NCBI GenBank assembly: GCA_963788685.1
Contig: CAWBHP010000004.1
Coordinates: forward strand, 147,095-211,094
Direction of reading: 5' to 3'
Length of the DNA stretch: 64,000 bases
Source: an uncultured Chloroflexia bacterium
GTDB taxonomy: Bacteria > Chloroflexota > Limnocylindria > Limnocylindrales > CSP1-4
Every line of letters starts with the position of its first letter. Within the stretch, counting starts at the first letter, position 1. The notes below the pieces were generated by a model, which was not told the DNA's origin, did no database searches, and worked only from the letters and a program-made list of their open reading frames with translations. Made by a program: the position numbers and the translations under genes. Below are positions 45,768 to 54,937 of this stretch, one piece after another.

Positions 45768-47012
45768 GTGAGCCCCAACCCGTCTCAGGCCGACGCCCGT
45801 GAGTCGCCGGCTCGACCCGTCCTGGCGGGACTGAGCGTCATCGACTGCAGCCAGCTCATTGCCGGACCAATGATCGGGATGATCCTCGGAGACTTCGGTG
45901 CGGACGTGCTCAAGATCGAACACCCCGCTGGTGGCGATCCGCTGAGGACCTTCGGGAGGAAGCGCGGCGATTCGCCCCTCTACTGGAAGTTCCTGTCCCG
46001 CAACAAGCGGTCGGTGAACCTCGCCTTGAACACCGCCGCCGGCCAGGATCTGTTCCGCCGGCTGATCGGCGAGACCCGGCCGGACGTCGTAATCGAGTCG
46101 TTCCGGCCCGGCACCCTCGAGCGCTGGGGATTGGGCTACGAGGTTCTGCGGGACCTGCACCCAGGCGTGATCCTGGTCCGCGTGTCCGGGTTCGGGCAGA
46201 CCGGGCCATATCGGGACCGACCCGGCTTCGGCACGTTGGCAGAAGCCATGAGCGGATTCGCGCAAATGACCGGGGAGGCCGACGGACCGCCGACGCTGCC
46301 GCCGATCCCACTGGCCGACTCCGTCGCGGCGCTCTACGGGACTATCGGGGCGCTGCTGGCGCTGCGCGTCCGTGACTCGTCGGACGAGCATCGCGGCCAG
46401 GTCGTCAATTCGAGCCTGCTCGAGTCACTGTTCTCGCTCTTGGGCAACCAGCTCCTCGAGTTCGACCAGCTCGGCCTGGTGGCGCATCGCGACGGCAATC
46501 GCGCCCCCACGTCGGCGCCGCGAAATCTCTATCGGACGGCCGACGACAGATGGATCGCCGTGGCGGCGCCCACCAAGAACGTCGTGGAGCGGCTGTTTCG
46601 CCTGATCGGCAGGCCGGAATTGCTCGAGGATCCGCGCTACGCCACGAACTCGGCGAGGCTCGACAACGTCGAGGCGCTCGACGAGATCGTGTCCGCCTGG
46701 ACGGCGGGGTTGTCGCGCGCTGACGCGCTCGCGGCCCTCGTCGGGGCCGAGGTTCCGGCTGCGCCCGTTGCCGATATGGCGGACCTGGCAGACGACCCGC
46801 ACCTCGTGGCCCGCGGCGCCGTCGCGACCGTCGATGACCCGGAGCTGGGCCCCTTGCGGATGCCAGGAGTCCTGCCCGGCCTGTCAGCAAACCCGGGCTC
46901 GATCCGGCGTCACGCGCCGTCCCAGGGGAGCGCCAACGAGGACGTCTACCGTGATCGCCTCGGCCTCACGGAGGACGAGCTGGCCGCACTGCGGAAGAGC
47001 GGCGTTATCTGA
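45768..47012 (+). CDS. family III (CaiB/BaiF) CoA-transferase, paralogue 2
   Basis: 414 aa. LSVIDCSQLIAGPMIGMILGDFGADVLKIE...LSRNKRS...ESFRPGT...VSGFGQTG. Confidence 0.9.
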   Translation: MSPNPSQADARESPARPVLAGLSVIDCSQLIAGPMIGMILGDFGADVLKIEHPAGGDPLRTFGRKRGDSPLYWKFLSRNKRSVNLALNTAAGQDLFRRLIGETRPDVVIESFRPGTLERWGLGYEVLRDLHPGVILVRVSGFGQTGPYRDRPGFGTLAEAMSGFAQMTGEADGPPTLPPIPLADSVAALYGTIGALLALRVRDSSDEHRGQVVNSSLLESLFSLLGNQLLEFDQLGLVAHRDGNRAPTSAPRNLYRTADDRWIAVAAPTKNVVERLFRLIGRPELLEDPRYATNSARLDNVEALDEIVSAWTAGLSRADALAALVGAEVPAAPVADMADLADDPHLVARGAVATVDDPELGPLRMPGVLPGLSANPGSIRRHAPSQGSANEDVYRDRLGLTEDELAALRKSGVI

Positions 47013-47025
47013 TCGGGACCTGACG

Positions 47026-47430
47026 TCAGTCGTCCAGCAGCGCCACCATCTCCACCTCGACCAGGTATTCCGGGTGCGACAGACCCGCGACGACCATCAA
47101 CGTGCTCGCCGGATACGGCTCCGAGAACACTTCGGACCGAATGGCTCGCCACGTCTCGAAATCGGCGGCGCGGACGAGGAGTGTCGTTACCTTGATCGCG
47201 TTGGAGAGATCGCCGCCTGCGGCCTGAAGGACAGCCCGAAGGTTCGCGTAGACCTGACGACACTGCGTCTCGAAGTCCCCGACGCCGACGGTCTCGCCCC
47301 GCTGATCCCTCGGGACCTGCCCCGAGACGTAGAGCGTATTGCCGACCCGGACCGCATGGGCATAGCCGCTCGGTTCGTGAATCGTCGAAGGTCGAACCTG
47401 TGTTCGTGCCGTTTCCAATTCCGGCGTCAT
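47026..47430 (-). CDS. RidA/YjgF family reactive-intermediate deaminase
   Basis: MTPELETARTQ...AHAVRVGNTLYVSGQVP...KVTTLL...PASTLMVVAGL...VEVEMVA. AGGAGGAGG SD before ATG 47430. Confidence 0.85.
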   Translation of the reverse strand: MTPELETARTQVRPSTIHEPSGYAHAVRVGNTLYVSGQVPRDQRGETVGVGDFETQCRQVYANLRAVLQAAGGDLSNAIKVTTLLVRAADFETWRAIRSEVFSEPYPASTLMVVAGLSHPEYLVEVEMVALLDD

Positions 47431-47506
47431 GGCCACCTCCTCCTGGTGTCTATGGAACCCCGAATCCGGTCCCGTGGACACTGCCCGGTGCGGTAAGCTA
47501 GCAAAA

Positions 47507-47522
47507 GCACAATGCATTGTGC
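47507..47522. promoter_or_regulatory. perfect 16-bp palindrome GCACAATGCATTGTGC between divergent RidA and amidohydrolase genes
   Basis: Two inverted GCACAAT half-sites, the same heptamer as in the 13-nt boxes. Confidence 0.55.
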
Positions 47523-47581
47523 AGCGATTGCGGCTACCGCACAGAGCCGGACTGCCCGCCACAGCCATCCGGAGGCCCGAT

Positions 47582-48631
47582 TTGACAGGTGAGCGCGCGC
47601 CAGTCGTTGATCTTCACGCCCATATCACCCCCCAGCGGTTCCAGGCGGCGATCAAGGCCACCGGGGAGTGGCATGGTCTGACGTCGAGCACCGGCGAGCT
47701 GCAGGTCCCCGGGTTCAGGCGGACTCTGGACGAGCGACTGGCCGACATGGACGCCCTCGGTGTCGACGTCCAGGTGGTCTCGCCAAACGGCGGGTTCTAC
47801 CAGTACGACAACGATCCGGCGACGACGGCGATCATCGCCCGCGAGTGCAACGATGAGATCGCGGAGATGTGCGTCAACCACCCTGACCGCTTCGCCGGCC
47901 TGGGAACGCTGCCGATGCAGGACGTTCCCGCGGCCATCACCGAGCTGACGCGTGCGATGGGCATGGGCTTCAAGGGGGCGATGGTCAACGATCACGTGAA
48001 CGGTCGGACCTGGGACGAGCCCGAGTTCCTGCCGTTCTGGGAAACCGCAGAGCGGCTCGGGGCGGTGATCTTCTTCCACCAGGCGGATGACACCGTCGTG
48101 ACCGGGCGGATCGATCGATACCACCTCGACAACTCCGTCGGCAACCTGACCGAACGGGCCCTCACCTTCGGTGCGATCGTCGGCGGCGGGGTCATCGACC
48201 GGTTTCCTGACCTCAAGATCCTGCTCGGCCACGCCGGCGGGTACACGGCCTTCGGAATCGCCAGGATGGACAAGGCCTGGGAGGCTTCGCGCGAGCTCGT
48301 GGACGAGGGTGTCGACCCGGCCGTGGCGCTGGGTGGTGCGTTCGGTGCGGAGGAGGCGCGGGTCGTCGAATCAGGCGACATCGGAGCCGGCGCCCGGCCC
48401 CCGAGCGCCTACCTCCGCAACTTCTACTACGACTCCTGTACCTACACCGAGGCGAGCCTGCGCTTCTTGATCGACATCGTCGGAAGCGATCGGGTCGTGC
48501 TGGGCACTGACTATCCGGCGCCGATGATCCTCAAGGACGCTGTGAACTGGATCAACGGGCTGGCTTCCCTGACAGCGGACGAGAAGGAGTCGATCCTGTC
48601 GCGCAATCCCGCCCGGCTGGTGGGCATGTGA
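47582..48631 (+). CDS. amidohydrolase_2 (ACMSD-like) family protein, paralogue 1
   Basis: TTG 47582 follows a GGAGG SD. VVDLHAHITPQRF...GLGTLPMQD...FFHQ...LLGHAGGY...GTDYPAP. Confidence 0.85.
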   Translation: MTGERAPVVDLHAHITPQRFQAAIKATGEWHGLTSSTGELQVPGFRRTLDERLADMDALGVDVQVVSPNGGFYQYDNDPATTAIIARECNDEIAEMCVNHPDRFAGLGTLPMQDVPAAITELTRAMGMGFKGAMVNDHVNGRTWDEPEFLPFWETAERLGAVIFFHQADDTVVTGRIDRYHLDNSVGNLTERALTFGAIVGGGVIDRFPDLKILLGHAGGYTAFGIARMDKAWEASRELVDEGVDPAVALGGAFGAEEARVVESGDIGAGARPPSAYLRNFYYDSCTYTEASLRFLIDIVGSDRVVLGTDYPAPMILKDAVNWINGLASLTADEKESILSRNPARLVGM

Positions 48632-48705
48632 GCTCCCGGCTGACATCGACCGATTGGGTCGTGCCGGCAATCCGTGGCTAGCCGGGTGAGCCCGACGACC
48701 ACCGA

Positions 48706-49893
48706 ATGATCACGCGCTACCTGACGGTCGCGCTCCTGGCCGGGGCGATGGCCGTCGCCCTCTTTCCCGTGATGGCCCTCGGCGTGCTGTCGGGGTTCCT
48801 CCTCCCGGATTTCGGCATCACGAGGGCCCAGCTCGGGCTGGTCGTGACCGTCTCGGCGGGGACTTCGGCGGTGGCCGGGATCGTCCTCGGCAGGTTGGTC
48901 GATCGATACGGTGGGCGGACGGCCCTGATCATGGTGTTCGGGCTCAGCGCGTTGGCCATGATCGGCACTGCCGTGGCGCCCACCTACGCCCTCCTGGCCG
49001 CCGCCGCCGCATTTGCCGGCCTGGCGCTGGGGAGCGCCAACTCGGCGACGAATCGGTTCGTCGTCGAAACGGTTCCGGCCGGACGGCGGGGGACGATCAC
49101 CGGGATCAAGCAGGCCGGCGAGAGTCTCACGATCGTGGCAGCCGGGGCACTGCTGCCGATAGCCGCCCTGGCCATCGGCTGGCGCTCTGCCCTCGCGATC
49201 AGTGCGCTCGCCCCGTGCGTCGCGATCGCGCTCGTGCTGGCCCGGATCCCGGTTGCTCCTCGGATCGCAGTTCCTACCACGCTCGGCGGCCCGAATCGGA
49301 CGCTCGACCGGGATGTCCTCTGGCTTGCGGCCTTCACGATCTTCACCGGCCTTTCGGGCGGAAGCATCGCGACCTATCTCCCGCTGTACGCGCAGGAGGC
49401 GCTGCAGATGAGCGCCACCACCGCGGGCCTGGTCGTGGCCGTGATGGGCATCGTGGCAACGGTTGGTCGCATTGCCTGGGGCCACTTTGTCCGTAGTGCG
49501 ACTGACCTTCGGAGTCGGATGCGAACCATTGCTCTCATGGCGGTCGGAGCGACCATCCTCCTCTGGTCCGCGAGCAAGATCCACCCCGACCTCGTCTGGC
49601 TGGGTGCCGCGGCGTGGGGCGTGAGCCTGCTGTCGGCCGGAACCGTTGGGATGGTGGCGGTCATGACCTATGCCGGCGTCGAAAACACCGGCCGCGCGTC
49701 CGGGGTCGTCCTCACGGGCTTCGGATTTGGCCTGATGGTCGGCCCCCCGGTCTTCGGCTGGACGGTCGACACGACAGGTGCGTATGACGTGGGATTCGGG
49801 CTCGTGTTCGCGGAGCTGAGCTGCGCGTCGGCCATCGCGGTCGTCTGGAGTCGACGCGCGCGAGAACCGCGCCTCTCGGGCGTCGCCGGGTAG
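48706..49893 (+). CDS. MFS transporter (paralogue 2)
   Basis: 395 aa. GRLVDRYGGR motif. Clearly paralogous to 31344-32552. Confidence 0.9.
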   Translation: MITRYLTVALLAGAMAVALFPVMALGVLSGFLLPDFGITRAQLGLVVTVSAGTSAVAGIVLGRLVDRYGGRTALIMVFGLSALAMIGTAVAPTYALLAAAAAFAGLALGSANSATNRFVVETVPAGRRGTITGIKQAGESLTIVAAGALLPIAALAIGWRSALAISALAPCVAIALVLARIPVAPRIAVPTTLGGPNRTLDRDVLWLAAFTIFTGLSGGSIATYLPLYAQEALQMSATTAGLVVAVMGIVATVGRIAWGHFVRSATDLRSRMRTIALMAVGATILLWSASKIHPDLVWLGAAAWGVSLLSAGTVGMVAVMTYAGVENTGRASGVVLTGFGFGLMVGPPVFGWTVDTTGAYDVGFGLVFAELSCASAIAVVWSRRAREPRLSGVAG

Positions 49894-49905
49894 CCCGGGC
49901 GGGGA

Positions 49906-50772
49906 CTAGCGGGTCGGGTCCGACCCGGCCCCCGCGGCCGCCCGCGGCAAGAACTTGTCGTAGAGCTCAGGTCGTTGCCACTGCCGGAGGACCCCGGCCT
50001 TCGCCCGGTTACGCGTCGACGAGTTGGGCCCGTCGTCCTCGGCGCGCAACTGCCGAATCCGCTCGAGATCAATGTCCACCAGGTGCATCCCCGGCTGCGA
50101 TGTTTCGAAGACAATCGCCTCCGGCGTCGCGACGAGGGCCATCCCCCGGTCCGCCGGGTCGAACAGGTTCTGGGTCGTCGCGACCACGGCGAGGTTCTCG
50201 ATGGCCCTCGACCAGATCAGATTGCGCCAGGACTCGTACAACAGCTGCTTGTCCGTTCCGGCCGGCAAGAGGATCACCTCCGCGCCACGCAGGGCGAGCG
50301 CCCGTGTGACCTCCGGCATGTACGCCTCGCTGCACATCGCCAGTCCGAACACGCCGTGCTCGGTGGGGAACACCGGGAAGCTGTCGCCGGCGACGTACTC
50401 GAAGTCCCAGGCGTCGCCGCCGCTGTAGATCCATGGACCGGGCGGGTGGGTCCGGCGGTACTTGCCAGCCGGTTGCCCAGACGGGCCAGCCAGCATCAGC
50501 AGGTTGTAGGCCGTGCGGTCCTCGTCGTCGATCGGCTCGAGCGTGCCGTACTGCACATAGACTCCGTGCTTGGTGGCCGCTTCCGCCATCCGCTCATGGG
50601 CGTCGAATGCTGCGGGCATGCGCCACGGGCCCGGGTAGCTCTCCGGAAACGAGACGACGTCGGCTCCCTGCGCGGCGGCACGCTCGATGTAGTCGACAGC
50701 GTCGGCGACGTTCTCGTCATCGTGCGGTGGCCGATGGCTGATGGGCTGTACCAGTGCCAATCTGAAGGACAT
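49906..50772 (-). CDS. carbon-nitrogen hydrolase (nitrilase superfamily)
   Basis: 288 aa. VVSFPESYPGPW (Glu), AMCSEAYMPE (Cys), ILLPAG. Confidence 0.85.
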   Translation of the reverse strand: MSFRLALVQPISHRPPHDDENVADAVDYIERAAAQGADVVSFPESYPGPWRMPAAFDAHERMAEAATKHGVYVQYGTLEPIDDEDRTAYNLLMLAGPSGQPAGKYRRTHPPGPWIYSGGDAWDFEYVAGDSFPVFPTEHGVFGLAMCSEAYMPEVTRALALRGAEVILLPAGTDKQLLYESWRNLIWSRAIENLAVVATTQNLFDPADRGMALVATPEAIVFETSQPGMHLVDIDLERIRQLRAEDDGPNSSTRNRAKAGVLRQWQRPELYDKFLPRAAAGAGSDPTR

Positions 50773-50790
50773 GGGTCATCGCTCCGATGC

Positions 50791-50812
50791 ATCGTGCATT
50801 TTTGGTATTCTA
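50791..50812 (-). promoter_or_regulatory. box variant AAAAAT-GCACGAT plus a TAGAAT/TATTCT back-to-back -10-like pair in the divergent spacer
   Basis: The minus strand reads TAGAAT (50812-50807) and AAAAATGCACGAT (50803-50791). The plus strand reads TATTCT (50806-50811) about 45 nt before ATG 50858. Confidence 0.45.
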
Positions 50813-50857
50813 CGTGTCGGAGCCCACCCGTTCAATCCTTTTGCCGGAGGCCATTCG

Positions 50858-51853
50858 ATGAGACCTCGCATCTTCGTGGTCCAGCCGATCATGCCCGAGG
50901 CCGTGGCTGTGCTGAAGAGCGTCGGCAAAGTGGAGGTCTTCGACTCCGAGAGGATGATCAGTCGACCGGAGCTTCTCGCAGGGCTTCGGAATTCCGACTA
51001 CCTGTTTACCCTCGGCGACACGACGATCGATGACGACATTCTCGCGAAGAGCCCCCGTCTCAAGGGCATTGGGGCGATGTCGATGGGTCTCACCGGCGTC
51101 GTCGACGTTGCGGCAGCGACGAAACGAAGGATTCCCGTCACCAATGTCCCGCACTACATCACGAAGACGACGTGCGATCTCACGATGGCCCTGATCCTCG
51201 GCGTGACCTGGCGGCTGGTCGAGGCCGACCGCTTCACCCGGAGCGGTCGATTCCACCAGGAGCAATCGATGAGCTTCCTGGCGCACTCCCTACCCGGCAA
51301 GACGGCCGGCATCGTCGGCCTCGGCGGCATCGGCCGCGAGCTCGCGAAGCGTCTCCGGGCATTCGAGCTCAACGTCATCTACCACAAGCGCAACCGAATG
51401 GACCTCGACGAGGAATCGGACCTGGGGGTGACCTGGGTCCCGGACCTGGACGAGGTGCTGAAGTCGAGCGACTACGTGATCGTCGCCGCCAGCTACAACC
51501 CGTCAACGCACCTGATGATCGGCGAGCCGCAGTTCAAGCTGATGAAACGATCGGCGTTCTTCATCAATACGGGCCGCGGTCGGATCGTCGACGAGAAGGC
51601 GCTGCTCAAGGCCCTCCGCCGGAAGTGGATTGCCGGCGCCGGGCTGGATGTCTACTGGCATGAACCGCCCGTCAGCGAGCCCGCCCCCAACCCGGAGCTC
51701 TACACCTTCGACAACGTGATCCTGACACCGCACATCGGCAGCGCCACCTACGAGTCACGCCGGCTGATGTCCGTTCGGACCGCCGAGAACATCGCCGCGA
51801 TGGCGCGAGGCGAGCGGCCCCAGGACCTGCTGAATCCCGAAGTCTTCGCCTAA
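50858..51853 (+). CDS. D-isomer-specific 2-hydroxyacid dehydrogenase (paralogue 3)
   Basis: MRPRIFVVQPIMPEAV...GKTAGIVGLGGIGRELA...INTGRG...TPHIGS. GGAGG SD. Confidence 0.9.
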   Translation: MRPRIFVVQPIMPEAVAVLKSVGKVEVFDSERMISRPELLAGLRNSDYLFTLGDTTIDDDILAKSPRLKGIGAMSMGLTGVVDVAAATKRRIPVTNVPHYITKTTCDLTMALILGVTWRLVEADRFTRSGRFHQEQSMSFLAHSLPGKTAGIVGLGGIGRELAKRLRAFELNVIYHKRNRMDLDEESDLGVTWVPDLDEVLKSSDYVIVAASYNPSTHLMIGEPQFKLMKRSAFFINTGRGRIVDEKALLKALRRKWIAGAGLDVYWHEPPVSEPAPNPELYTFDNVILTPHIGSATYESRRLMSVRTAENIAAMARGERPQDLLNPEVFA

Positions 51854-51890
51854 CGGATCTCGACTCGAACAGGCATTCACCGCGACGCGT

Positions 51891-51922
51891 CGCCCGGTCG
51901 GTTTCTCCTCCCCGACCGGGCG
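51891..51922. terminator. perfect 11-bp GC-rich stem-loop between convergent genes
   Basis: CGCCCGGTCGG (51891-51901) pairs with CCGACCGGGCG (51912-51922) around a 10-nt loop. No U tract. Flanked by a further ACGGATC/GATCCGT pair (51852-51858 and 51923-51929). Confidence 0.5.
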
Positions 51923-51941
51923 ATCCGTTGCGGTGGCGAGA

Positions 51942-52979
51942 TCACCCGCCAGGGCCCGCGTCCTCAGCGCCCGGCCTCGGTGCCTCGTCCTCTCCTGGCG
52001 CCTCGAGCGGCGCGTCGTCCAACACGACGAGGCGCTGCGGACGGCGGTCCACGTGGAGCGTGAAGATATCCGGACGGGTGTAGTGACCCGCGTAGTCATG
52101 GATGTGGCGGGCCACGACCGTTGCCTGGAGGTCGATGTCCGCGGTCAGAATCCCCTCACACGGCCCATCGATCGGTCCCGCCAGGATGGTTCGATTGGGG
52201 GCGACGATCATCGAGCCCCCGAGGAGCGCCAGATCGGTCAGGAACTCTCGGTCGCCGTCGGTCTGGCCAAGCTCGGCTGCGATCTTCTCGTTGACGACCG
52301 CCTGGGCGCTCAGGACGAAGGCGCCCATCGAGTACGCCAGGCCCTGGCTGGCCGTCCGGATCAGATCGGTCATGCCGCCTTCGTCCTTCGAGACGGAACT
52401 CGGCCAGCTCGCGACATGGATCTGGGGGCGGTCGGCGGCGAGGGCCATGACCGCCAGGGGGTTGGAGTTCTCGCCACAGATCAATCCGCTGACGCGAGCC
52501 GCCGGGGTGGCAAAGACACGGAGTCCTTCGCCCGACCCCCGTGTATGCACGACGCGCTCGCCCAGCGTCGGCATGATTTTTTGATGCTTGCCCAGGATGC
52601 TCCCGTCGCTGGCGATGAACAGCTGGGTGTTGTAGAGGCTCAGGTCTGGCGGCGGGGTCCGCTCGCACATGCCGATGACGACGTTCACTCGCGCTCGCGC
52701 GGCCGCGCGACAAAGCTGGTCAGTTGTCGGACTGGGGATCTCGACGCTGTTGTTGAACAGCCGCAGGGCGAAGGCGAAACTCGTTGCGCTGCTGGCGGGG
52801 TAATAGTGGTACCAGTCCGGATGGGTGGGGATGAAGCCCTCAGGGAATCCGAGCACGTCGACGCCCTGACGGCCGGCCTCGTCGATGAGCTCGCACGCTC
52901 GCTCGGTAGTGCCTTCCCGATCCAGAAAGATCGGCGCGACCTGGGCCACTCCAACGCGCAGTGGCTGACCTGTTTCCAT
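51942..52979 (-). CDS. nitrilase (branch-1-like carbon-nitrogen hydrolase)
   Basis: 345 aa. LGFPEGFIP (Glu), HQKIMPT (Lys), LICGENSNPL (Cys). Confidence 0.85.
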   Translation of the reverse strand: METGQPLRVGVAQVAPIFLDREGTTERACELIDEAGRQGVDVLGFPEGFIPTHPDWYHYYPASSATSFAFALRLFNNSVEIPSPTTDQLCRAAARARVNVVIGMCERTPPPDLSLYNTQLFIASDGSILGKHQKIMPTLGERVVHTRGSGEGLRVFATPAARVSGLICGENSNPLAVMALAADRPQIHVASWPSSVSKDEGGMTDLIRTASQGLAYSMGAFVLSAQAVVNEKIAAELGQTDGDREFLTDLALLGGSMIVAPNRTILAGPIDGPCEGILTADIDLQATVVARHIHDYAGHYTRPDIFTLHVDRRPQRLVVLDDAPLEAPGEDEAPRPGAEDAGPGG

Positions 52980-52986
52980 GACGTCC

Positions 52987-53832
52987 CTACTCCCTCAAGC
53001 CGGTCATTGCGATGCCGCGCACGAACTGCCGCTGGAAGATGAAGAACATGATCACGAGCGGGATCGTGGCGAGGGTCGAGATCGCCATGATGTACGGATA
53101 GTTGGCAAGCTCGGCCGCCTGGAAGGACTGGACCCCGAGCGGCACCGTCCGCATGCTGTTCGAGCTGATGACCAGGAATGGCCACAGGAATTCGTCCCAC
53201 GTTTCGCGGGCGATGAAGATGGCCAGCGTCGCGAGGGCGGGCTTGGCGAGCGGAACAGCGATCGTGAAGAAGATACGAAGGTGCCCGGCTCCGTCGATTC
53301 GCGCAGCGTCGATCAGCGAGTTCGGCAAGGACAGGAAGTACTGGCGCATCAGGAAGACGCCGAACGCATCGGCTAGGTGGGGGACGATGAGGCCCTGGTA
53401 GGTGTTCAGCCAGCCGAAGTCCCGCACGGTCAGGAAGAGCGGGATCATGATGACCTCGATCGGGAGCATCAGGGTGGCAAGGATGGCCAGGAACACCCAG
53501 CTCCGGCCGACGAAGCGGTACTTCGCTAGGGCGTAGCCGGCCATTGAGGCAAGCAGGACATGGACGACCGTCACGGTGATCGTGACGACGGCGCTGTTGA
53601 GGAAGAACCTCGTGAAATCGAGCGTGCCGTACGCGTTCGGATAGTTGCTGAACTGCGGGTTGCTCGGCACCCAGACGATGGGCGACTCGAAGACATCCTT
53701 CTGGATCTTCAGCGACGTCGCCACCATCCAGATGAGGGGCAACAGCACCAGAAACGCCAGGATCGCGAGGGTCACGTAGCTGCCGATCGCGAGGGCTCGC
53801 GACTGGAGTCGATAGACGGTCAGCGACTGCAT
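52987..53832 (-). CDS. carbohydrate-type (CUT1) ABC transporter permease, MalG-like
   Basis: 281 aa, six TM segments. EAA loop IDAARIDGAGHLRIFFTIAVPLAKPAL. Confidence 0.9.
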   Translation of the reverse strand: MQSLTVYRLQSRALAIGSYVTLAILAFLVLLPLIWMVATSLKIQKDVFESPIVWVPSNPQFSNYPNAYGTLDFTRFFLNSAVVTITVTVVHVLLASMAGYALAKYRFVGRSWVFLAILATLMLPIEVIMIPLFLTVRDFGWLNTYQGLIVPHLADAFGVFLMRQYFLSLPNSLIDAARIDGAGHLRIFFTIAVPLAKPALATLAIFIARETWDEFLWPFLVISSNSMRTVPLGVQSFQAAELANYPYIMAISTLATIPLVIMFFIFQRQFVRGIAMTGLRE

Positions 53833-53839
53833 GTCGGCG

Positions 53840-54776
53840 TCAGTCGTCAGTTCGGAAGAGGCGAAGGTTGATGAGCGTGAAGACCACGATGATGAGCAGC
53901 AGAACGATCGAGGCCGCGCTCGCGTAGCCGAGCTTGTAGAACATGAAGCCCTGCTGGAACACGAACAGCGACAGGGGCGTGCTCGCGCTGTCCGGTCCGC
54001 CTTCGGTCAACACGAGGGGCAGGACCAGGGTCTTGGACGTGAACGTCACGGCGGCGATGAGTACCACGAGCGTTGTCGGCTTGAGCAAGGGCAGGGTGAT
54101 CCAACGAAATCGCTGGATTCGCGATGCGCCGTCGACCGTCGCCGCGTCGTAGAGATCCCCCGGAATCGATTGGAGGCCGGCCAGGTAGACGATCATGTAC
54201 AGCGGCACGAACCGCCATTCCGACGGGATGATCAGGGCCGCGACGACTGCGTCCTTGTCCTGGAGCCAGTTGACGGCCGCGATGCCGAACAAGTCGAGGC
54301 CCTCGTTGACCAGCCCGTATGGGTGGAAGAGGACCCGCCACAGGATCGGAACGACGATGATCGGGACGATCGCGGGGAGAAAGATCAGAACGCGGAACAG
54401 GCTCGTCCCGCGCAGCCCCTGGTTGAGCAGGAGCGCCAGCAGCAACGAGATGATCATCAGCGGCGCGACGGTCCCGATGACGTAGTTCGCCGTGACGCCG
54501 AGGGCCTTCAAGAAGAGCGGATCTTTGGCCAGAGCGGCGTAGTTGTCGAGCCCGATGAAGGTTTCCTTCGTCGTCACCGGGTTCGCCTGGAAGAAGCTCA
54601 GACGAATGGCCTGCAACGCGGGCAGGAACTTGAAGATGACGAACAAGACAAGAATCGGAAGGAGGAAGAACAGGGCCCAGTAAGGCTGGCCCGGACCAAG
54701 CCAGGCCCGACGGAAACGTTTGCCCAGTCCGGGCTCTGGTCCCGATGGGACCCTCCGGCGAGCGAGTCAATGCCAT
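53840..54776 (-). pseudogene. CUT1 ABC transporter permease, MalF-like; frameshift in the first ~25 codons
   Basis: ATG 54776 after GAGGAGG reads MALTRSPEGP... The main frame (KRFRRAWLGPGQPYWALFFLLPILVLFVIFKFLPALQ...) has a TGA just after that ATG and no start of its own. Confidence 0.7.
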
Positions 54777-54874
54777 GTAGCCTCCTCGGGGGCCGGATCC
54801 GGTGGGTCGCGGCCGGTCATGGGGCGCATGTCGCCCTGATCCAGCCGCTCGGCCGTCAGCAGTGGCGTTGAAGT

Positions 54875-54912
54875 ACGCGGGGTCCCTCACCGGGCGGTTC
54901 GGAACCCCGCGT
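54875..54912 (-). other. intercistronic stem-loop between the binding-protein and permease genes
   Basis: ACGCGGGGT (54875-54883) pairs with ACCCCGCGT (54904-54912) around a 20-nt loop. This is the usual position of an mRNA-stabilising or attenuating hairpin in ABC operons. Confidence 0.45.
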
Positions 54913-54937
54913 TTGCATGGCGCGAATGCTGACTTGC

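Noticed and set aside
47012-47040. The 10-bp palindrome CTGACGTCAG between the convergent CoA-transferase and RidA genes, as a terminator or CRE-like site
   Set aside because: It has no loop and is too short for a stable hairpin. A single occurrence in a 13-nt spacer offers no supporting evidence.
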